Of a stretch of DNA of 64,000 bases, positions 19,139-29,200 are shown piece by piece. The position numbers were made by a program, and so were the translations under genes. Source of the DNA: a virus; the IMG/VR virus record IMGVR_UViG_3300042923_001201, positions 30,473 through 94,472 of that record; one strand, given 5' to 3'. Below the pieces are notes generated by a model. That model did no database searches. It worked only from the letters and a program-made list of their open reading frames with translations, and was not told the origin of the DNA. Positions within the stretch are counted from its first letter, which is position 1, and each line of letters starts with the position of its first letter.

Positions 19139-20596
19139 TTATTTATATAACTCTTTGAAATAATTATGTTTAAACTGATTGTCATACCAATCTTTGTTAA
19201 AATGTTCAGGTTTGACATAATATTCATAGAGTTCAAAGAATAAGTCTTTATAGGCTTGAGGGTATGTTTTAGCCCAAAGTACAGCTCGCTCAATATCCTC
19301 ATTGCTGCTAACTACAAGATGATTTTTAAATTTTTTAGGAATCTGAAGGTTATCAATGTCATAGTTATCCGCAATAAGTGGAATAACCCCGTTGAGCAAA
19401 GACGAATACATACGGAAGTTCAATGAATCATACTTGCCGTAAAAACATTTAAGGATAATTGTGAATCTATAATCTTTTTGCTCTTGATGATATTCTGCCT
19501 GTGAAACAGTAGGTTTTACATTTTTATTAAGTGAAATACTTTTAATAACTTCAAATGCCTTTTCATCTTTAATCTTTTTATTTTTAAATTTCTTTGTTTC
19601 TAACGGGTCTAAAATTTCACTCTGCGTAATAGTTGAAGTTCCATCAGTTTGAGTTCTAATTGTTGCATCAACCGATAGGTCATTGAAGAATCGAGTCCAA
19701 TCATGAAGCCTGTATGAAACATCATAAGGAAAAGTACCGCCAAAAATAAAGTCATGCTTTTTCTCCTCCAAAATAGTAGATAATTCGGCTATTGTAGGTT
19801 CTTCATTTCCATAAGCGTCTTGTAATTGTGCTGATGGAAACTCATGAAAGTCTCTCATAGGGCCTCGTTTATCATCCACGAAGTAAAAACACTTAACATT
19901 TTTCGTTAAGGGATTTACTTTGGCACTAAACGGGTACCAAATAGAGCTAGTGTCGTGAGAGAATGAGTAATGCCAAAGGTCTTTGTACTCTTTCATCAAT
20001 CTTATGAGCAGGTATAAAGGGTACATATTTCGTTGACTTATCATTCTGAAACTGAAGAATTGTTGTTCGCCGTTTAGTCTTCGTTGTGCAGTTCTTAAAG
20101 CGCCCGCAGATAACTTTTCACTTTTTTCATCATAAGGAATAATTTCGTGATTCCGTTCATATACTAGGAATAGAGCAGAAGTGAGAGTACCCACAAGATT
20201 GTTAAAAATCCAAGGCTCGCCAGAAATAAGGTTAGTAAAAAGCTCTTGCATATAAGAATAAGTATGTTGAAAAGCTTTCTTATCATCATAAAACAACTCC
20301 TGTTCTCCAATTTCCATCCTCATGAATTTACCAGCGGCATCAAGATTAATATAAATACAGTCTTCAAGTACAGGAATTTCTTGTGCAGCTTCCATCCAAA
20401 CTCCTTTTGAACTTGAGGATCGCGCAATCAAAAATACATTAAAATCTTTTTTAAGTATTTTTACAGTATTAAGAATATATGAATAAGATAGGAAATTCGT
20501 TTTCTTACTAAGGTTTCGTTCAAGTAGAAATAGCATAATATTTTTCTTACCAGGAATATACTTTTTATAGTTTACAATTTCATAAGTTTTGGACAT
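19139..20596 (-). CDS. GT-B fold DNA glycosyltransferase (T4 BGT-like), GT2
   Basis: DFIFGG..R, FTIIL..SLNFRMYSSLLNGVIPLIADNYD..LVVSSNEDI matches the BGT-type C-terminal pattern. Confidence 0.6.
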   Translation of the reverse strand: MSKTYEIVNYKKYIPGKKNIMLFLLERNLSKKTNFLSYSYILNTVKILKKDFNVFLIARSSSSKGVWMEAAQEIPVLEDCIYINLDAAGKFMRMEIGEQELFYDDKKAFQHTYSYMQELFTNLISGEPWIFNNLVGTLTSALFLVYERNHEIIPYDEKSEKLSAGALRTAQRRLNGEQQFFSFRMISQRNMYPLYLLIRLMKEYKDLWHYSFSHDTSSIWYPFSAKVNPLTKNVKCFYFVDDKRGPMRDFHEFPSAQLQDAYGNEEPTIAELSTILEEKKHDFIFGGTFPYDVSYRLHDWTRFFNDLSVDATIRTQTDGTSTITQSEILDPLETKKFKNKKIKDEKAFEVIKSISLNKNVKPTVSQAEYHQEQKDYRFTIILKCFYGKYDSLNFRMYSSLLNGVIPLIADNYDIDNLQIPKKFKNHLVVSSNEDIERAVLWAKTYPQAYKDLFFELYEYYVKPEHFNKDWYDNQFKHNYFKELYK

Positions 20597-20739
20597 TAAG
20601 CTTCCTCCTCAAACATTTCCATAGCATCACCATAACCGTCCCAATTATCAACTCCGCATGCTTGCAAACATTCTAATAGAGCTTGATCATTCAAGAGTTG
20701 TTCATATTTTTCCTTACTAATTCTTACTGTGTTATTCAT
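20596..20739 (-). CDS. 47-aa acidic protein, T3 gp5.9-like (not in ORF track)
   Basis: MNNTVRISKEKYEQLLNDQALLECLQACGVDNWDGYGDAMEMFEEEA*; RBS upstream; TAATG-coupled to GT2. Confidence 0.6.
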   Translation of the reverse strand: MNNTVRISKEKYEQLLNDQALLECLQACGVDNWDGYGDAMEMFEEEA

Positions 20740-20742
20740 TTG

Positions 20743-21252
20743 TTATTTAATCTCCTTTGTAGTTGATTTACAACATCTTAAACATCTGCTAATGGGTCCT
20801 GATTCAAAAATGGGTCCTCCACACCTACAGGTTTTAGTCTTGAACAAATCCATTAGTTCCTGGTAATCATCAACCAATGACTGTCTTCCCTGTTTTATAT
20901 ATTGCCTAATAACATCTGCCTGACAATTTTGACTTTTACCTTTAAAGATGTCATTAAAATCATCGAAACCTCTTGCATATTCAACAAGTTCAGGATTATT
21001 GTCTAAATAGTTTACCCATAACATCTTATACCATTGAGATAGAAACCTTTTATCATATCTTTTGCCATTTAATTCAATATGGGTGGGTTCTCTACCTTTA
21101 CCATCTTGCCAACCTATAGGAACAAAATCATCAAACCTTTTACAAGTTTGGTAGTGATTTTCTATGCTATCAAATCTTTTCCATGCAGTTATTTTTGCAT
21201 AAAAAGCAGAAAATCTTTTGTCACCTTTTGAAGAACATTCAAGTATCTTCAT
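20743..21252 (-). CDS. NADAR-like protein (resembles the DarT1-associated NADAR type)
   Basis: ILECSSKG..FSAF.A....SIE..YQ..K.F N-terminal motif; NCQA motif; C-terminal Zn ribbon. Confidence 0.5.
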   Translation of the reverse strand: MKILECSSKGDKRFSAFYAKITAWKRFDSIENHYQTCKRFDDFVPIGWQDGKGREPTHIELNGKRYDKRFLSQWYKMLWVNYLDNNPELVEYARGFDDFNDIFKGKSQNCQADVIRQYIKQGRQSLVDDYQELMDLFKTKTCRCGGPIFESGPISRCLRCCKSTTKEIK

Positions 21253-21635
21253 ATGTCCTCCTATATAAAATGAGAATTTTATTGCTATCATTTCCCTCTA
21301 ATTTGCTTATTAGGGCAAGTTAGAGGGAGCTAGATGAAGGTAGAGCTATTTAATCTCAACCTGAACGTCAATTTCAGCATTTTCATTAAAATAAATGGTT
21401 TTTAGGTCTTTTTCGACTTGTTTTGTAAATTCAACGAGTCTTTCATCAATTTGTTCTTGAGTTAACTGATTAAATATCTCTTTTTCTTCACCTTCGATGG
21501 GTTGAGTGACATTTACTTTAAAATAAATCTGTTTCATCTTATTTCCTCCATTTGTACAATTCGGACAATCAACAGGTTCAGCTAAAGGGCCACTACCATC
21601 TTCCCAACCACCTAAATCATTACAAAGTTTACATT

Positions 21636-22412
21636 TTACCATATGGCAATGTCCTTATCTATATTTTTAGCTTTTCTATAAGCATATTGTTGAGCCTCAG
21701 CTAAGGAATCTTTATCTCCGCAGTCAAACCATGGTGATGAAAGAAAATCAAAACTAAAACCTAAATTGTCAATATAATAATTAATTACATCTACAATTTC
21801 ATATTCGCCACGACTAGAAGGTTCTAGTCCTTCTATAATGTTCCAAACATTTCTATCGTATATTTGTACGCCACAAAACGCCAAGGATGATCCGGGAACC
21901 TCAGGTTTTTCCTCAAGACTGTGTACAGTTCCATTTAGTGGATCTTTATGTCCCCCACCCCAAAAGTTTAACACTGCAAATTTTTGAAGGTCCCTTATAT
22001 TTGTAAATTCTTTAACTGTAATAAATGCTCCACTATCATATTCATCAACAAATTTGTTAAGATCATCATATATAATATTATCTGCACAAAGAACAACAAT
22101 ATTATTATCTCTTGCAAAGTCTTTTGCCTGATACAAAGCATGAGCAACACCTTTTGGTTCATCCTGATAAAAGTATGTGAATTTACAACCATACTTTTCA
22201 CCCGACTTCAAATAGTCAATCGTTTCACCTGCTGATTTAACACCAAGTACAATTGCAATATCAGTAATTCCTGCGCTTACTAAATGCCACACTGAATACT
22301 CAATCATCAACTTGTCATAAACAGGCATCAAGAATTTGTTTGTTACATCAGTGAGAGGAGACAATCTAGTCCCTCTCCCTCCTGCAAGGATTACGCCTTT
22401 AAATTTACTCAT
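21636..22412 (-). CDS. Sugar-1-phosphate nucleotidyltransferase (RmlA-like)
   Basis: GVILAGGRGTRL.PLT, K.LMPVYDK, Q..PKG.AHA, EEKP, SSRGEYEI, WFDCG. Confidence 0.9.
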   Translation of the reverse strand: MSKFKGVILAGGRGTRLSPLTDVTNKFLMPVYDKLMIEYSVWHLVSAGITDIAIVLGVKSAGETIDYLKSGEKYGCKFTYFYQDEPKGVAHALYQAKDFARDNNIVVLCADNIIYDDLNKFVDEYDSGAFITVKEFTNIRDLQKFAVLNFWGGGHKDPLNGTVHSLEEKPEVPGSSLAFCGVQIYDRNVWNIIEGLEPSSRGEYEIVDVINYYIDNLGFSFDFLSSPWFDCGDKDSLAEAQQYAYRKAKNIDKDIAIW

Positions 22413-22999
22413 TTTTGTACCTCCACCATAATAATATCCTTGATATTAGCACGTTCTGCGGATACTCTGCCGATTTTATTATCTTCGAATACAATTACAT
22501 CTTCTCCACCCAAACCCAAAGTGTTTAGAGCAAGAATATATGGATCGGCTTCTGGTTTTGCTTTTTTAACACTTTCCTTCGTGATGATTAAAGACAAATA
22601 TTGAATAATCCCTAGTTTATCAAGAATTTGCTCAATCGAACCTCTACGTCCATTGGACACAACAGCAATTTTTCTACGACCATATTGTTGTTTGATAAGA
22701 TCAATTAAAATGGTATTGGGTACCATGTATTGATCAAGACATTGACCCAAAAACATTTTTTTGTCAGCAATGACCAATAACTTCATTGTTTCATAATTTT
22801 CATCATCAAGTAAAGACCTCATAAGGAAATCTCCACCAAATGGAGCACATGCATCAAATACTTCTTCTTTAAAAGGAATGTTATTTTTTTCAAATGCGAG
22901 TTTATATGCTTGTTTGTGACATTCCATAGTGTCAGCGAGGGTTCCATCACAATCAAAAAGTAGTGCTCGCTTGCCAATCATCATTTTTTCAAGATCCAT
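22409..22999 (-). CDS. HAD-family phosphatase (beta-PGM-like)
   Basis: LFDCDGTLAD, VVSNG, KPEADPY, VFED; RBS AGGAGG supports start 22999. Confidence 0.85.
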   Translation of the reverse strand: MDLEKMMIGKRALLFDCDGTLADTMECHKQAYKLAFEKNNIPFKEEVFDACAPFGGDFLMRSLLDDENYETMKLLVIADKKMFLGQCLDQYMVPNTILIDLIKQQYGRRKIAVVSNGRRGSIEQILDKLGIIQYLSLIITKESVKKAKPEADPYILALNTLGLGGEDVIVFEDNKIGRVSAERANIKDIIMVEVQK

Positions 23000-23327
23000 A
23001 CTAAAGTTCCTCCTATAATTTGCGCAGTTATTCTTAAAACATTTCAATTTCTTCATGGGTATACCATGAACTTGTCTACTATATTTTTCATAACAATAAC
23101 ACTTATTCATTTAAAGGTACCTAATTTCGGTAGTGCTATGTCCACCTGTCGTAGACGGAATAAAAGTTCCAATAATATCTTTTCTTTCTTTATAAACGAT
23201 ACAAACTGTAGCATAACTTATTGTATCGCCTGTTCTGTGAGAAAATTGAAGTATTTCAATATCAGGATTTTTATAAAAGAAATTGTTCATGTCATCTTCT
23301 ACGCACGACCGGCTACCACCAAAAATT

Positions 23328-24350
23328 TTAGTTTTGTACATTTTTCCATTCCTCCATAACTTGATTCAGGATTTCTATACCTATACAATAACAAATTTGC
23401 ATCGAATCAAAGTTTTCCTTTAATCTGAATGGAACCATTGAAATAAAGTGACTTGCTTCAAAAAATTTTGCCGCAATTTCCCAATTTAGTCCAACATCAT
23501 AATACTGAGGAATTACAATTTGAGCCATTTCATATAAGGTATTAAATTTTTCTACATTTCCTCGAATAAAATAGTCAACTCTATGATATTCCTCAAAAAA
23601 GTAATCACTATTTACAATATAATTCCCATCATAGATAAGATCATATTTACCATGACAAGATTGGAAAATCTTACTAATGTCATAATAAATACTGTCGGGA
23701 CCTTCTCCACGTGGGTCAATTACTTTCATATCCCAACCATCAGACAAAACATTCTGAAATGTAAAGTCTCCGTGAGATCTATACCATTTTTCTGGACGTA
23801 AAAAATTTAAAAAGTCTTGGTCGTTCGATATTTCCTCTATTAATAACCGAAGATTTTTTAATTTTCTACCGTTAATAATTAAGTAATCTTCCTCAAAAAG
23901 AGAATGATCCTTAATTTTTTCACATCTTTCAACCATCTTATCAAGATGTTTTTCTTTTATATAAGTATCTTTGTTTCCATCGTATGTTTCTGATTCAAGT
24001 GCAATTTTGGCGCCCAATGCAACCATATTGGACAGCGCCTCAAGGTGAAAATGTTCCAAGTCTTTTTCAATAAAAGTGTCTTTGAGAGTAGGCATATCTA
24101 AATATTCCATATCATAATAAGCTTTGTCCTTCTCAATAACGAACAAATTCACTTGAGGAAAAATTGATTCAGGGGAATAGTAATTAAATATCTTCATCCA
24201 TTCAAATTGGTTCTTTAATTTTTCGAGACCCAAAATATCATTATTTTTAGTGTTAACAATTTTCCTAACATAGGCTTGTTTATCTTTTACAATAAAGAAA
24301 GTTTCAGCCATTGATCCGCCTTTAAATTGTTTAATAATTTTAGCTTTCAA
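23328..24350 (-). CDS. APH/choline-kinase-fold phosphotransferase (putative sugar kinase)
   Basis: YDMEY, HGDFTFQN, IDPRG, YYDISK..QS..G.YD; TTG start behind RBS GGAGGT and the promoter at 24378-24406. Confidence 0.75.
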   Translation of the reverse strand: MKAKIIKQFKGGSMAETFFIVKDKQAYVRKIVNTKNNDILGLEKLKNQFEWMKIFNYYSPESIFPQVNLFVIEKDKAYYDMEYLDMPTLKDTFIEKDLEHFHLEALSNMVALGAKIALESETYDGNKDTYIKEKHLDKMVERCEKIKDHSLFEEDYLIINGRKLKNLRLLIEEISNDQDFLNFLRPEKWYRSHGDFTFQNVLSDGWDMKVIDPRGEGPDSIYYDISKIFQSCHGKYDLIYDGNYIVNSDYFFEEYHRVDYFIRGNVEKFNTLYEMAQIVIPQYYDVGLNWEIAAKFFEASHFISMVPFRLKENFDSMQICYCIGIEILNQVMEEWKNVQN

Positions 24351-24424
24351 TGTAGCACCTCCAAATTTATATATATCATTATATATAAATTGAATGAAGG
24401 TGTAAACCAAGATTAAAATTAATT

Positions 24425-24841
24425 TTATACTGCAACAGATTCAAGTTGACGGATTCTTTTACCTGTGTAAACCATATCTTCATCAAATACTTTGTTAAGT
24501 ACTTCAATAACAAAATCAATCAAGTTTTCGTTATATAGCTTGATTTTATTTTGAACAAAGTTACCTGAGATCTTCGATTGGATACTTGCTACTTTATTTT
24601 CGTAGGAAGGAAGTGTTTTGAGGCTTTCTTCAAGCATTACATCTTGTTTGGTATCAATATACAAAGTGATAAAAGAATTTTTATTCATTCGGATAGCTCC
24701 GATACCTTTTTGTCTTTCAGCAGTTTTCAACAATAACCAACCCGGTTTTTCAGCAAATTGTACTCTTACCTTGTCACCACATTCCATTTCGATGATTTCT
24801 TTTAGGATTCCGAGTTCTGCTTTATTGTTGTTAACTGTCAT
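24425..24841 (-). CDS. Hypothetical protein
   Basis: RBS AAGGAG; class-1 promoter at 24897-24925. Confidence 0.55.
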   Translation of the reverse strand: MTVNNNKAELGILKEIIEMECGDKVRVQFAEKPGWLLLKTAERQKGIGAIRMNKNSFITLYIDTKQDVMLEESLKTLPSYENKVASIQSKISGNFVQNKIKLYNENLIDFVIEVLNKVFDEDMVYTGKRIRQLESVAV

Positions 24842-25121
24842 TATTATCGCTCCTTCTAATTGGTTGTAATTTTTTGTATTTGCGTTCCATAGATTTATAT
24901 TATCATAGTAGAACATTTTTGTAAATAGTTTTGACTCGACTTTTTTTAATTGTTTTTAATTACTAAAATTTGCTACGACATTGTTATATTATTATATTAA
25001 ACCAATTTAACGTATTTTAAACATCATTTTCATAATTTAATTTTAACATTTTTCATAATAAAATTATATGATGAAATATTGTAAATATTCATAAAAATAT
25101 GTAAAAAAAATAAAGCAGTTT

Positions 25122-25508
25122 TTACACCGCTTTATTAATGTAACCTAGGCTAGGATCTTCTTGACGTAGGATATTTATGTTGTTTTTTTCGAGGTACATT
25201 TTCATTATCGTTTTTTCGTCAAGATCAAGGAAGATAGCTATGTTTGATAAAAATATAAAAATGTCAAGAAATTCCTTTCGCCCTTCTTCAATTTTTTTTT
25301 CTAATTCTTCTTGAGTTAGATGAGAATAGTCTACCCAAGGTTTGTGAAATGGCAATTCACGAAGCATTTCATATGTTTCTTCGATAAGGAACATAGAGTG
25401 AGTATGAATGAAATTCATTCTTTCCTCAATGGACATGTTTTCGCTGAATCCAAAACGTTTTTGAAATTCAGCCTGCATGTTAAGAACTGTTTGGAACGAC
25501 TTTTTCAT
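25122..25508 (-). CDS. All-alpha dimeric dUTPase/dCTPase (T4 gp56-like)
   Basis: MQ..FQ, EETYE, KPW, KEFLDI..F, Y.EKN..N..RQ. Confidence 0.8.
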   Translation of the reverse strand: MKKSFQTVLNMQAEFQKRFGFSENMSIEERMNFIHTHSMFLIEETYEMLRELPFHKPWVDYSHLTQEELEKKIEEGRKEFLDIFIFLSNIAIFLDLDEKTIMKMYLEKNNINILRQEDPSLGYINKAV

Positions 25509-26218
25509 CTTTTACCTCCGTTACTTTCATGCACTTTTAAGATGGGGACCATCAGAGTTTTCGTTAATATTTTCAATTTCATCTTCAACAAAAGATGAAA
25601 TTTCATAAGCAAAATCGTCCGCATCAGACAAGAAATCAGGACATGATGTTAATTCATAACCCGTCTCATCCAACACATTACTTAGTTCAAGTGCGACGGA
25701 AGCAAAGGCTTTTAATGCTGCCTCAAGTTTTTTTGCATTCTCTGCAGAAATTTTATTCATTAATTATCATGTCCCCTTGTCCATATCGGATTTTTGTACC
25801 TCATGGTACCATTTCACATTATTAATTATACATAGAATTAAACGACTTGTAAATACATAATTTACATTTTAATTTCATAATTTTAACAAAGTTAGTACTG
25901 TAGACGACTATTTTGTCGAAAGATTCGCTTTTAAGAAATTACCAACAATAATGAATAAATATACTAGCAGAAAAGTTTTAAACCAACTAATTTCAAAGTC
26001 TAAAGTAAAATTAAAAATAAAAGAAACAACGTATGAGATTGCCGCTGTTAATCCCGCATGAAGCAGAAGTAAACCCAGTGTTTTAATCAATTTCATTTAA
26101 TATTCTCCTTTGCAGACGATTGAGGAGATGGTCTACACCTCCATCAACGCCCTTTATGATTTTTTGTATATTATCATTATATATACATTCTAGCAATGTG
26201 TAAACCATTGTACAACCA

Positions 26219-29200
26219 TCAAATATTAACTTTTTGCATTCGTAGTTCCACATCATTTTTTGTAAATTTTTCAATTTTCATGGTAGTATGTCTATAGGCT
26301 GAGTCCTTATAAACTTTAGGTACAAATTCATCATTTCTTCTAAATCCAACGATTACAAGTTTAGTTCCACGTTTAAACCAAGAGTCATCTAATACAACTT
26401 TCTTCTCACCACTTGTATCAACTATCTTTTTGTCATAATGTAAAAATGTTCCTTTTGAATATTTAACTGGAACTACTCCATTTTGAGTTGAAAGATATAC
26501 AATATGCTTGTCCTTGTCCTTATCAACGACTGTGCCTGATATTGCTAATGTTTTATACTTGGGAGTTTTTCGTCCTCGCCAAACATTATAACCCGAAATT
26601 TCCATATGCTTCATGGTTGTAAAATCAGAAATGTCAAAGTATTTGCTTAAAGGAATATAGTCAAGCTCATGCTTGTCACTGTAAAATACAACAGTTTCCA
26701 TTTCCCATTGTTCTTTCGTACCCATACAATGTTTAACCCAAAGTTCCCTCATACCTTGTTTATTAAATTCAGCTGCAGCCTCATCAGATATAATCCATAA
26801 TCTCAAAGGCTCTATGAGTTTTTTATATGCCTTGTCAAACGATTTTTGATCAATAACTAATTTTCCATCATTGAAAGTGTACGTTACTTCCTTTGAATAT
26901 TTTTCCATAAATTCTCTTTCTATTTCTTCGTTCATAGGAACTTTTCCTCGACCAAAAATAGAGTTCCTGAAATTGTAAATTTCAACTTCCCTTGACAATG
27001 ATTCGGGCACAAAAGACAAGGCTCGTTGGATATTTTGCATGGTTAGTTTTTCCTTTTTAGGACTAACCATCTTAATAAAATCAACCATTAGTTCACGTCT
27101 GGGTCTGCCATCAATTTTGTCAAAACAGCCTGATTTAATAAGTGTAACAGTTTTACCTATGCTTAATGATTTTTCACTTTCTTCACCCTCAGATTCATTT
27201 CCAACACATCTTTCAAAGAAATCCTGGAATGATGTAAACGGTCGACGTTCCATAATAATTTTTACGCCATCCTTACCTAATCCTGAGATAGGTTTCAACC
27301 CGAACAATATCTTATTGTCCCTCTCAATAGGCGTGAAACCAAGTTTAGAGATATTAATATCAGGATTCAATACCTCTCCCTTCATATCACCTATAGCCTT
27401 TGCTACAGAGCCATAATCAGTATTACCTTCACGTTCACCAATCAGTCCCGAGTTGACAGTTAAACACGCAGTCTTCCAAAAAATTACGCCGTATTTATAA
27501 GCAAGATTAAGTTGCTGCATCAAGATCATTGTGTATCCTGCAATGTGTGGCAAACTGAAAGAATAACCAAACTGAGGTTTAAATAATACTTCCCAAACAT
27601 AGTTCATCATTGCGTCACTTGTATTCATTGCAATACATCCTGTTTTGAAGTCCCCATAGCATTCATCAATAATTTCTTTTTTCTTTTTAGCAACGCCTTT
27701 TCTTAATTTGTTCGCTCCTAACAAACCAAAACCTGAAATTCGTTTGTCCATCGAGATAAGCATCATGCTTTCCTGCGTATCACAGAGTCCGTAGTTTTCA
27801 AGTAGGTGTTCCTTTATAATTTCAACTTCAAAAACGTTTAATCCTGCTTTATACATTTCATCGTACCACTCTTGAATGTTTGCTTTATGTCTTACATATT
27901 TATCAAGTGGTGATTCTCCACTTTCTGCAGACAATCTCATGAGCGAGTTACCCGCAGATAACTCTTGGAAACTCATTGGTTTAATTTTTGACACAGCCTG
28001 TGAACCTACAGCCGAGTCAAATTGAAATGCATCAATTATCTGACCGCTGTGAAGTAATTTAAACATTTCTGGTGAATCCATATCAAGTACGTCAGGATGA
28101 AAGTATTTATTATAAGTGGCACGAAGTGAACCTTGCCATTCAATTTTACCTTCTTCAAGTAACAAATCCATTCCTGCACGGAGTTTGTCCAAGGCATTGA
28201 TTGTTAGGAAGTCAAGTTTCAATCCGCCTTGATAATCACTGTCTCCCATGTTAAATTGAGTTACTTCCTGACCACCCGTTGTCTTCATCATTGCATTTTG
28301 TGCTAAATATCCATCTCTAAATACATAAACACCACTTGCGTGAACTGATCGTCCTGAGACTAATCCTTCAATGGTTTCAATAGTTTCACGCAAACCTGGG
28401 TGTTTCTCAAATTCTTCCTGAAGTTCACGAACGGGCCTTTTACCCGTTTCTTCATCACCTTCAAGACATTCCTTCAATGTCCACATGCCTGTCTTATCTG
28501 TAGGAATCAAGTTAGCAATGTTTTGAGCTACATCATTATCAATTCCTAATCCTCGACAAGATGTCAAGATAGATGAACGAAGCTTTTCTGTTGACAAAGT
28601 ACAAATATTGAGGACGTTCTCATGACCAAATTCTTCTTTGGTTTTTGCCAAAATGTTAGCACGTTGAGAAGCCTCTGTATCAATATCAATATCTGGCAAT
28701 TCGGGTCTTTCATGAGTAAGATGTCGCCAGTGAGGTAGTTTATACTTAATTGGATTAATCTGAATTATATCCATAAGGTAACAAGTATAATAGGATGCAA
28801 CAGATCCACGGCTCACACCTACAAATGAAACTTCCCACATTATTTCAATAACCTTTTCTGTGAGTATATAATATGAAGAAATAGGTTGTCCTAATTGCTC
28901 ACTTGTCAACCAAAGCTCTTTCATTTCCTCATTTATACGTGCCAAATTTTCATCGTTATATTCCTGTTTTTTGTTTAAAAATCCCTTTTCACAAAGGAAC
29001 AAAAAGAATCTATCCTCAATATTAGGGCTATTAGAGAATTTTCTAATATAATCATATTGTTCATAAAAATCTTTGAATATATGCTGAATTTCAAATTCAG
29101 GTATCTTTCTATGAGGAATGACAGTCTCCTGCTTTAAATCAAATGGCTCAATCATATCCATAATCTCTAAAGTGTTATTCATCATCTCAGTTACATAATC

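Noticed and set aside
21636-24350. dTDP-rhamnose cluster or the known phage arabinosylation cluster
   Set aside because: No rmlBCD, arabinose-5-P isomerase or U32-family gene in the window; they could lie outside it.
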